A DNA stretch of 64,000 nucleotides, taken from assembly GCF_009914755.1 (NCBI RefSeq), contig NC_060925.1, one strand, 5' to 3'. This DNA is from the human T2T-CHM13v2.0 reference genome, Homo sapiens. Positions within the stretch are counted from its first letter, which is position 1, and each line of letters begins with the position of its first letter. A program made the position numbers and the translations under genes. This document shows positions 1-16,238 of this stretch, piece after piece. Below the pieces are notes generated by a model, which was not told the origin of the DNA, did not search any database, and saw only the letters and a program-made list of their open reading frames with translations.

Positions 1-139
<139 letters not shown>

Positions 140-185
140 GAGTAGACATGGCAATATGAAATATTACAAAATTTTTTCTTGGTAG

Positions 186-425
186 GAAAAATTATACTGA
201 ACCCATCCAAACCTGAAGTCACAGATGATGTGGAAGGAGCTCAAACAGACGACTTCAGCAGACTCACCTCTGGAGGGTCGTTTACTGTATCAGGAGTGCC
301 TCCTAATGGTAATCATTCTCAGGTGTTCTCACCTGGTAAAATTGTAGACCTCGAGGCTAAGTTTCAAGGAGATCATATTCAACTTTCATGGACTGCCCCT
401 GGCAAGGTCCTCGATAAAGGAAGAG
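186..425 (+). pseudogene. CLCA3P: Penultimate exon of CLCA3P (calcium-activated chloride channel regulator family), FnIII-like region
   Basis: Translates KIILNPSKPEV...FSRLTSGGSFTVSGVPP...PGKIVDLEA...LSWTAPGKVLDKGR, typical of the CLCA C-terminal region. Acceptor ttttcttggtAG at 184-185, donor GTAAGT at 426, phase 1 at both ends. Paralog assigned by position directly upstream of SH3GLB1. Confidence 0.85.
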
Positions 426-3069
426 GTAAGTTTGACATTACGTTTTAAAATATACTAAAAGAAATCCCATTGGCTTTCATTTGCTAAGAATTTTCTAATG
501 GCCCATTTATAAATAACATTTATGAAGTGTCTACTATAGGCCATTTTTAAATTATTTTCAGATGTGAAAACTAAAGCTATAAGAGTTGATTGGACCAAGT
601 TATTTCTATATTTAGTAACTTACAATTCTAACCCAGTCATGTCAGATTCTGTTATGCCAAACTATCTGTCAGAAATTGAAGCAGCTTAGAAATTACTTTG
701 AGAGGACAGTTAACAGCTTTCTGTTGCATTATCTTCTCCCCAAATTTTAAGTATTTCTGTACTTGCACAGTTTCATTCATTTATCAACCTTCTGTTGAGC
801 TTTCACACTATTAGAATCCTAAGAAATGATCCATACTCTCAACAGTCAATTAAGTACAGAAGACACACAAGTAAACAGATAATTACATAAAGTATAATAA
901 GACATAAGCTTTTATAAACAGAGAATTATGTGGCAACCCATAGATGGGCCACAAACCCCTAGTTAGAGGTTAAAATCAGAGTATATTGTAAAGCCTTCCC
1001 AGAGAAGACTATCACTGAGTATTGAAGAATGAGAGTAGTTACCCAAGATAAGTGAAGGTGTCCACAGAGAGAGATGTTCATGTGCACAGAAATTCACTAG
1101 TTTGAAAGATTTGTTCATGGAGTTTGAATAAAGTTCAAGGTCAAAAGATCTCATTTATTCAAAGTTCCTAATGATAAATGACCCTCACTCCAAAAAGTTT
1201 AAATTACTTCTGTCATTGCTTGAAATTTAACTGAATTCAATCAGTATTTATTGAATGCCTACCATATTCCAGTATTACATAGGTTAGTAGATTTTTATGG
1301 GATAACGCCAGTCTTGCTATTTTCCCTTTAAGATTGGGAAAATGAAAGCAATATGCAATTTAGATATACATAATAGCTCAGAGATTGCCAGTGCTAAAAC
1401 ACCAGTGTTCCAGTACTCTTTCTCCTGGATTACAATAAACCCCATTGTACACTCTCAAAAGAAAAGATGCTTCTTAATCTTTCACTCACTATATAGCATT
1501 TTAAAAGCTGCATTTCTTATTATCATTATTATACAAGGAGAATATCATTCTAAAGTCAGAGGAAACAGAATATGCACAAACAGAGCTTTTGTATTTCAAT
1601 GTTGAAAATCTTATCATGACAGCTTTTTGCATACCTTATTTTCTCATGCTATGACCCTTAAACATATGGCAGAATCAAAAAAAGTGAAAAATACCATTGC
1701 CACTGAAAAAGCCACAAATGAAATTTCTTAACCAAATATTTAGTTCTATAGTGAATTCAGTAAAAACCAAGCTTTCAGTTCAAGATTGGGTTCATAATAA
1801 ATATCCCTCATGCTGATTATAAGAACTAAAAGTAGGAGTAATGTATAACCACAAATGCCTAAAATAGGTGGCATCTAATCTTTGTCTTTCCTTAGGAAAA
1901 ATAGGAAGAGGTATTGGTACCTGTTAAATGTTACCTGTAGATATTCCAAAGGTAAGATAGTAGCAGTATCTTAAAGAATAAATGAATGTCTATATAATCG
2001 CAAATGAAGCACTTAAATTACCTGGGACACAATTTCCTCACCTGTCAAATATACAAATTAGATTAGATTACCTAAAATTACTAAAACAAGTAGATATAAT
2101 TCAAATTTTTTATGATTTTCTAATTTTATCATTTTGGGTGTCAACTTAACAACTGTATTGTTGGCCAAGTAATTAAGGAGATCAAATACATGTCAACACA
2201 GGACCAGGTACCCTGAGTGATACAAAGAGTAAAAAACATAGTCTTTACCCTCAAAAATAATAAGATCTAATCAGAATGAAAAGTTGAACCTCTACTAAAC
2301 TATCTGAAAAACTCCACTCCATGAAATAGAAGTTCATGAAAGAGAGTCATCAGGGTGAATGAAATACTTGGACGGAACTTCATGCAGTTGGGCTTGGTTG
2401 GACCTTAAAGAATGAGTACAATTTGCATATATAGGGAGAAGGAGGTACATTTTGGAGAGAGAAAGAACAAAATTATATGATCAAGGTCAAGAAAGCAAAA
2501 TTTCACAATGGAATATTCTAATTAAAATAAGAAATAGGTGGAGAGAAGAGAGACAGAGAGACCTACGTAAGTGGAACACAAGGTTTTTGTGAAGAGTAAT
2601 AGAACGGATTGATAAGGCCTATTTAAAAGGAAACTAAATGTTAAGCAGAGGATCTGAATTATTTTTAAAAATACACTAAAAGTTATTCACCACACACTTG
2701 AAATACCTTCAATATTTCATGGAAAAGTTAAAAATAAAGTCCTTACTCCAAAAAAAATCTGGTGTTTTATTTTTCATCACATTTCAGAATGTGAGAATAT
2801 ATTTCTACATGAATGGTAGATATCAAAAAGCAGTGTAGAAAGAAACATTTATGTTGGCATCTTCTTTTCCTTTCTTGATAAAATAACAGCCAATATTTCA
2901 AACATTTATTAATTTACCATTTATTAAATTGTAGTGAACATGTTTCATGCATTATCATCTATGATTCTTACCACTAGAATAGTAGGCACTCAATAAATAT
3001 TTGTTGAATGATTTGAATAACTGAATCCCTATTTTAACAGATAAAAAACTAGAGATAAGAAAACTTAAG

Positions 3070-3382
3070 TCGGGGTGCGGTGGCTCATGCCTGTAATCCC
3101 GGCACTTTGGGAGGCCGAGGTGGGCGGGTCACAAGGTCAGGAGATCGAGACCATCCTGGCCAAAATGGTGAAACCCCTTCTCTACTGAAAAAAAAAAAAA
3201 AAATTAACTGGGCATGGTGGCGCATGCCTGTAATCCCAGCTACTCGAGAGGCTGAGGCAGGAGAATCACTTGAACCAGGGAGTCAGAGGTTGCAGTGAGC
3301 TGAGATGGCACCACTGCACTCCAGCCTGGCGACAGAGCAAGACTCTGTCTCAAAAAAGAAAAGAAAAGAAAAAAAAAAGAAA
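3070..3382 (+). mobile_element. Alu (AluSc-like), full length
   Basis: Dimeric Alu with middle A-tract and 3' A-rich tail. Confidence 0.93.
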
Positions 3383-3480
3383 AGATATCTTAAATAAATT
3401 TATTTTTATGACACAGCTAGCAAGTAGTAAAATTAGGGTGCTACTCAAGGTTTGTCTAGGTCCTTAACACATATTTACTT

Positions 3481-3926
3481 TTATTTTTTATTTTCATATT
3501 TTTAAATTTTTAATTTTTGTGGGTACATAGTAGGTGTATATATTTATAGGGTACATGAGATTTTGATCCAGGCATGCAATGTGAAATAATCACATCATGG
3601 AGAATGGGGTATCCATCCCCTCAAGCATTTATCCTTTATGTTACAAACAACCCAACTACACTCCTTTAGTTATTTTTAAATGTATAATTAAGTTATTTTT
3701 GACTATTGACTATAGTCACTCTGTTGTGCTGTCAAATAGTAGGTCTTATTCATTCTTTCTAACTGTTTTTTTGTGCCCATTAACCATCCCCACCTTCTCC
3801 TACCCAGTCCCCCACTACCCTTCCCAGCCTCTAGGAACCATTCTTCTACTCTGTATGTCCATGAGTTTAATTGTTTTGATTTTTAGATCCCACAAATAAG
3901 TGAGAACTTGCGATGTTTGTCTTTCT
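3481..3926 (-). mobile_element. L1MA-type 3' UTR fragment
   Basis: Reverse complement matches the L1MA 3' end at 22010-22150 and 24065-24310. Degenerate flanking duplication cttaacacatattta / cttagcacgtgttta. Confidence 0.85.
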
Positions 3927-4435
3927 GCTTAGCACGTGTTTAATTAGTACACATTCCAGTCTCTCTGCCTCCTTTTGCTGGTTATCCTTATCCCTGTTTC
4001 CCACTCCATTTATCATCTCTCTTTCTCCCCTGTCCTATTACTTCTTATTTTAACTTAATAAGAAATGACACAGATATAGGGTACTGAATATCTTCGCTAT
4101 ACTACAATACTATTATGTTCCTTGTTCTAAATTAAAAAGTAGATCCAGCTCCTTATATTTCTCTCCCTAAAAAGGAAAACACCAGAGTCTGACTTTTTAG
4201 TACCATATGATTTTGAATTAAAATTTCCTGGGATTAGAGAACTCTACATTTTAAGAAAAACTGTTCACACATTTGTCCTTACAATAAAGATGGAATAACC
4301 AGACAAAAACTAATGGGATTTCCATAACTAAAACCTAGTGTGCATTTCTGATAGGTTTCTAAATGTAAAGCAGTGTGGTGGTAGCAAGGCATCCTAGTGA
4401 TTTTAATATATCTGAAGTATCTATTTGTTTTCCAG

Positions 4436-4776
4436 CTGAGAGCTACATTATAAGAATAAGTAAACATTTCCTGGACCTCCAAGAAGATTTTGATAAAGCT
4501 GCTTTAATAAATACTTCTGGTCTGATACCTAAGGAGCCTGGTTCAGTAGAAAGTTTTGAATTTAAACCAGAACCTTCTAAAATAGAGAATGGTACGACAT
4601 TCTATATTGCAATTCAAGCCATCCATGAAGCCAATGTCACCTCAGAGGTTTCAAACATTGCACAAGCAACTAACTTTATTCCTCCACAGGAACCCAGCAT
4701 TCCTGATCTGGGTACCAATATTTCTGCAATCAGTTTGGCAATTTTTGGATTAGCTGTAATTTTATCTATATTTTAA
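4436..4776 (+). pseudogene. CLCA3P: Last coding-type exon of CLCA3P, ending in a hydrophobic C-terminal tail
   Basis: Acceptor tttgttttccAG at 4434-4435. G|CT splices in frame with the previous exon: AESYIIRISKHFLDLQEDFD...FYIAIQAI...SEVSNIAQA...ISAISLAIFGLAVILSIF, TAA at 4774-4776. Confidence 0.87.
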
Positions 4777-5378
4777 ACTAGAAATTATATTAGAACTCAA
4801 ATTCAATGTTATACATACTTGGTAAACATTTATTTAAAATTTAATTTACTATACTTATTGTCTATTATAAAGCTCATTATAATATAAAAGTGAAGTACAA
4901 AAGTTGTAAGTTTCCTAATTACTTGATTAATTAATACTATTTGAGTTGTTAAATGTTAATCAAAATGAGTATATCATTTCCTGTCTTTGAATAATCCACT
5001 CATTAATTTTTAATATGAAAAGATATATATTTGTACTTGTAAGCATTTTAAGAAACATTTTTAAAGTGTGCTACAAATTCATTTGGTGTACTAACATCAA
5101 AATGTATCCAAGCCATTTAAAAAATATTTATATATACATAGTAGCAAATAGTTTTATAGATTTATTTGTATCGCATTTTTTATTACAAATGAATATTTCA
5201 TGTTTATATAAGCTGTAATCAAAAAGGACTAGTAGTAGTAGTAAGGAAGTCAAATTTGTTTTTTTATCATTGATTATAAGTGGTATATTTGTTTTTTGTC
5301 ATTGATTAAAAGTGATTTTAGCCCTAGGCCCGAAATGACTAGCAAATATCATTTTCTGTATGAATTGTGGAACATCAC

Positions 5379-5384
5379 AATAAA
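5379..5384 (+). terminator. Candidate polyadenylation signal of CLCA3P
   Basis: AATAAA ~600 nt after the stop in an AT-rich 3' UTR, followed by a T/GT-rich tract. Confidence 0.5.
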
Positions 5385-5879
5385 ATTATTTCTGTGCTGA
5401 TGCTATCATTAGGTCCTAAGACTATTACCAAGAAGCTTGATTGAGACAGGGATTTTTCTTTTTCCTATTGCTGTATCCTCAGCATTTAGAATAATAATTG
5501 ACACATAGAAGATATTCAATAAATATTTTTTAAATAACTTAGTGAATACTTTTATAACTTCAAAAAAAATCCAAATTTGACCTCATTACATTAAAAAAAT
5601 ACCACAAACTATCATGTGCACTTGGTATTATGAGGACTTCATATAATGAAAACTAAATCCCTTAATAACATAGTTCAAAACCAACACATAAAGTTTCAGA
5701 AAGTTAACTATTAATAGAATTTAGAAGGTAATAAAAGGTAAATTGAGCTATTAATATAGCAATGGAGTGATTTTTCTTAGAGAGAAAGACAGAGAAGGAC
5801 ATATTGGTAGAAAATCCTTTGTTTACAGACAAGAAGGTTATTTAAATCTCTTTAAATATCTGAAAGGAAGATGCTGTAT

Positions 5880-6570
5880 ATATCTGGAAGAGTCAAGAAA
5901 AAAATTATAAATCATTAGCAAACCAAATCCAGAAAAATATATGAAAAATAATAATATATCATGACCAAGTTGAATCTATCTCAGGAACCCAAATGTGATT
6001 TAATACTAGAAAATTAAAGTAATTTACTACATTAACAGTTTTTGTTTAGTTATATGATTATCTCAATACATGCAGAAAAGTGTAATTCAACCATCATTCT
6101 TCAGTCAAAATGAAACCTATGAAAACTATTAACCTGATATTTTAATCTTAAAGTCAAAACCCTCACCTTTTAAAAATAAACAAAAAGGGCACTAAATCTT
6201 CAAGTAGAGATGAAAAATTATACATCAGAGGGTGAGAATTCTAAAGTTCTAGGAAAATAAATCACTTAAGAGTCAACAAATAATAAAAAAATTATTGATT
6301 ATGAAAGCCTCAAAGAGTCAAGAGATAGTTAACTGATTGTTAATACATGGTCACTATACTGAATAATTTATAGAGCTTTAGAAGTTAATGAGGGAAGATT
6401 CCTATGCAATAAAAAAAGAATAGAAGATACAATAATTTGAAAGAAAGATACGAAATTGTAATTTTGTACAGGTGAGATGGAAATCCAATAAAATCAACAA
6501 ATAATTAAAATGAGAGAATTATGAAAAATTCCCAGATACAAGATCAATTTACTAAAAATCAATAGCACTA
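5880..6570 (+). mobile_element. Highly degraded old L1M ORF2 fragments
   Basis: Remnants such as ttagcaaaccaaatccag...catgaccaagt...atctcaatacatgcagaaaa and cagatacaagatcaat. Confidence 0.6.
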
Positions 6571-7475
6571 GTCTGATATATACAGAGCTTTGAAGTTGTC
6601 ACTCCCCACCTCACAACAAGAAAAAAAAAGCTGAACTGAAAAATAAAGAATTCTTCGTAGTTTCATCAGAAAGTTGAAGTCACACTGCAACCTGCTACAA
6701 AAATATTGGAGAGGCAGAAAAATACAGAATCACAGCTTACCAGGAGCAGAAACCTATCAGTGAAGCTAATACCAGTAGGAACACAAACCGTAAACGAAGA
6801 CATGCCAGAGGCTGAGTGTGAATAAGGCTGAGAGTTAAAAACTCTCAGAGGCCTTAGAGAGACCTCCATACTTCCCTGAGTTTTTCTTCCAAGAACCCCA
6901 TGAAGTTTTCAGAGTGGGATTAAAGAAAAATCCCCTCAGACTCTCAACATCAGAGACGTAAAAGTAACCATTTTGAAATATACCAAAAGTGTCCTGTTCT
7001 TAGCAAAAGCCTGTCCTCAAGGGAAACTGTTTTACCAGAGCCTGACTAACTTAGGTTTTACAAGGGCCTAACCAACTTAGGGGAAGAGAAATACCCAACT
7101 CCAATCTCCCCTAGCCTTCCTTGTGGCAGAGGAAGATACTCAACTCCGGAGCCCTCTAACATTCCTATCTGATCAAAGAGGGGGAAAAAACAGACACTAG
7201 GAAGGGAACAACAGACACTGGGGCCTACTTAAGGTTTGAGGGATGGAGAACGGTGAGGATCGGAAAACCACCTAACAGGTACTGTGGTACTAGGTTTGTT
7301 ACCTGGATGATGAAATAATCTGTACACCAAGCCCCTGTGGCACACAATTTACCTATATAACAAATATGCACATGTATCCCTGAACCTAAAATAAAAGTTA
7401 AAAAAAAAAAAAGCAGAAAAGCATTTGTGAAGGCCACAGCCCAAGGAGACAAGCACAGTAAAAGACTGAGACCTA
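6570..7475 (+). mobile_element. Old L1M (L1MC/MD-like) 5' region, host for later insertions; resumes at 13660-14110 and 24541-25520
   Basis: Sequence is continuous across the L1PA target-site duplication and leads into degraded ORF1-like coding sequence (MSEILELTDEEFKAIM; MEILRKNQNEMLKIKNTVT). Confidence 0.6.
7190..7412 (+). mobile_element. Short 3' end of an older L1PA (about PA13-16) with poly(A)
   Basis: cagacactggggcctactt...tgaaataatctgtacaccaagccc...catgtatcccctgaacctaaaataaaagtt then A12. Confidence 0.8.
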
Positions 7476-13643
<6,168 letters not shown>

Positions 13644-13771
13644 AAAAGACTGAGACCTAATCATATGATTACACAATGCTTCTCATTCCCTCACACCTTG
13701 CCAACACATTTTTAGGCTACTGAGTGTGAAGAGGAGATTATAGATGAAAGAACTAGAGGCCTCAGACCCAA

Positions 13772-14665
13772 TTTGAGACAGAGTCTCTAGGGAAACCCAA
13801 AGACAACCAGGGTGTTAAATCAAAACATTAAAGAAAATTTTTGCCTCTGATGCAGCTACAGCAAACAGTGAACATCATCTAACTTCTAGCCAAGTAACAT
13901 AAAACTTCACACTAATGGACTATTTATGACAATTTTTTTAGCCAATATATTATATCAGGCTTTAAACGAAAAATTACAAGCCATGCTAAAGACATAAAAC
14001 AGTCTGTTGTACTTGAAGAGCATCTTTAGGAAAAAAAAAAAATCAGGACCAGATTCAGATATGTCAGAAATTTTGGAATTAACAGACGAAGAATTTAAAG
14101 CAATTATGATTAGGGAGGAGGCAGAGCAAGATAGCCAAATAGAAGCCTCTGGCAATCATCTCCCTCACAGGAAGACCAAATTGAACAACTACCCACACAA
14201 AAAAGCCCCTTCACAAGAACAAAAAACTCAGATGAGCTATAATAGTACCTGGTTTTAACATCACATTAAGGAGAGGAGCACTGAAGAAGGTAGGAAAGAC
14301 ATTCTTGAATCGCCTGCACCTCCCGTCCCCAATTCCCTGGCAGCAGCTTCATGGCACAGAGAGAGAATCTGTGTGCTTAAGGGAGGCAGAGCACAGTGAT
14401 TACAGGATTTTGCACTGGAACTCAGTCCTGCCCTGTCACAGTGGAAAGCAACATGGGGCAGAACTCTGCCAGAGCCCATGGAGGAGGCATTTATACTAGC
14501 CCTAGCCATGGGTAAATCTTCTGTCTCAATGGTTGGGACCTGAGTACCAACAAGGCCTGCCACCGTTGGCTAAAGGGCTCTGGGTTTCTAAACAAATTTG
14601 CAAGGCAGTCTAGGCAACAAAGACTGCAATTCCTGGGCAAGTACTGGTGCCATGCTGGGATCAAA
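13772..14665 (+). repeat. Left arm of an 894-bp inverted repeat
   Basis: Reverse complement of 15345-16238. Mirrored identical ORFs in the track (14261..14563- vs 15447..15749+; 14305..14499+ vs 15511..15705-). Confidence 0.97.
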
Positions 14666-15344
14666 GCCAGTGGACTTGGGGAATATGTGACCTAGTGAGA
14701 CACCAGCTGGGGTAGCCAAGGGAGGGCTTGTGTTACCCCTTCCCCAACCCCAGACAGTGCAGCTTATAGCTCTGGGAGAGACTCCTTCCCTCTCTCTTTG
14801 AGGAGAGAAGAGGGGAGAGTAAAGAGGATTTTGTCTTACAACTTGGATACCAACTCAGTCATAGTAGGATAAGAAATGAGGCAGAGTCCTGAGGCCCCCA
14901 TTCCAGGCCCTAGGTCATGGAAACATGTTCAGGTAACATGGGCCAGAAGGGAACCTGCTGTCTTGGACAGAAAGAACCCAGTCCTGGCAGAATTCATAAC
15001 CTGCTGACTAAAGAGTCTTTGGGCCCTGAATATTCAGCAGTGGTGGCCAGGCAGTACTCTGCAGGCCTTGGGTGAGACTCAAATCTGTACTGGCTTCACG
15101 TATGTCCCGGCACATTCTCAGCTGTGGTAGCTATGGGAAAAAAAAACTCCTTCTGCTTGAGGAAAGGAGATGGAAGAGTAAAGGGGACTTTTTCTTGCCG
15201 ATTGCATACTAGGTTCGCCACAGTGGGTAGAGCAACAAGTGGGCTCTTGGGGGTTTCTGGTTACAGACTTTGGGTCCAGGATGACATTTCTAGACCTGTC
15301 CTGGGACAGAGGGGAGCCCACTGCCCTGAAGGGAGAGACAGGGT

Positions 15345-16238
15345 TTTGATCCCAGCATGGCACCAGTACTTGCCCAGGAATTGCAGTCTTTGTTGCCTAG
15401 ACTGCCTTGCAAATTTGTTTAGAAACCCAGAGCCCTTTAGCCAACGGTGGCAGGCCTTGTTGGTACTCAGGTCCCAACCATTGAGACAGAAGATTTACCC
15501 ATGGCTAGGGCTAGTATAAATGCCTCCTCCATGGGCTCTGGCAGAGTTCTGCCCCATGTTGCTTTCCACTGTGACAGGGCAGGACTGAGTTCCAGTGCAA
15601 AATCCTGTAATCACTGTGCTCTGCCTCCCTTAAGCACACAGATTCTCTCTCTGTGCCATGAAGCTGCTGCCAGGGAATTGGGGACGGGAGGTGCAGGCGA
15701 TTCAAGAATGTCTTTCCTACCTTCTTCAGTGCTCCTCTCCTTAATGTGATGTTAAAACCAGGTACTATTATAGCTCATCTGAGTTTTTTGTTCTTGTGAA
15801 GGGGCTTTTTTGTGTGGGTAGTTGTTCAATTTGGTCTTCCTGTGAGGGAGATGATTGCCAGAGGCTTCTATTTGGCTATCTTGCTCTGCCTCCTCCCTAA
15901 TCATAATTGCTTTAAATTCTTCGTCTGTTAATTCCAAAATTTCTGACATATCTGAATCTGGTCCTGATTTTTTTTTTTCCTAAAGATGCTCTTCAAGTAC
16001 AACAGACTGTTTTATGTCTTTAGCAGAGCCTGTAATTTTTCGTTTAAAGCCTGATATAATATATTGGCTAAAAAAATTGTCATAAATAGTCCATTAGTGT
16101 GAAGTTTTATGTTACTTGGCTGGAAGTTAGATGATGTTCACTGTTTGCTGTAGCTGCTTCAGAAGCAAAAATTTTCTTTAATGTTTTGTTTTTAACTCCC
16201 TGGTTGTCTTTGGGTTTCCCTAGAGACTCTGTCTCAAA
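15345..16238 (-). repeat. Right arm (inverted duplicate) of the 894-bp inverted repeat
   Basis: Begins TTTGATCCCAGCATGGCACCAGTAC and ends CCCTAGAGACTCTGTCTCAAA, the reverse complements of the left-arm ends. Paired coordinates sum to 30010. Confidence 0.97.

Noticed and set aside
14261-15749. Pairs of identical 100-aa and 64-aa ORFs on opposite strands
   Set aside because: By-product of the inverted duplication of L1 5' UTR sequence; no coding hallmarks
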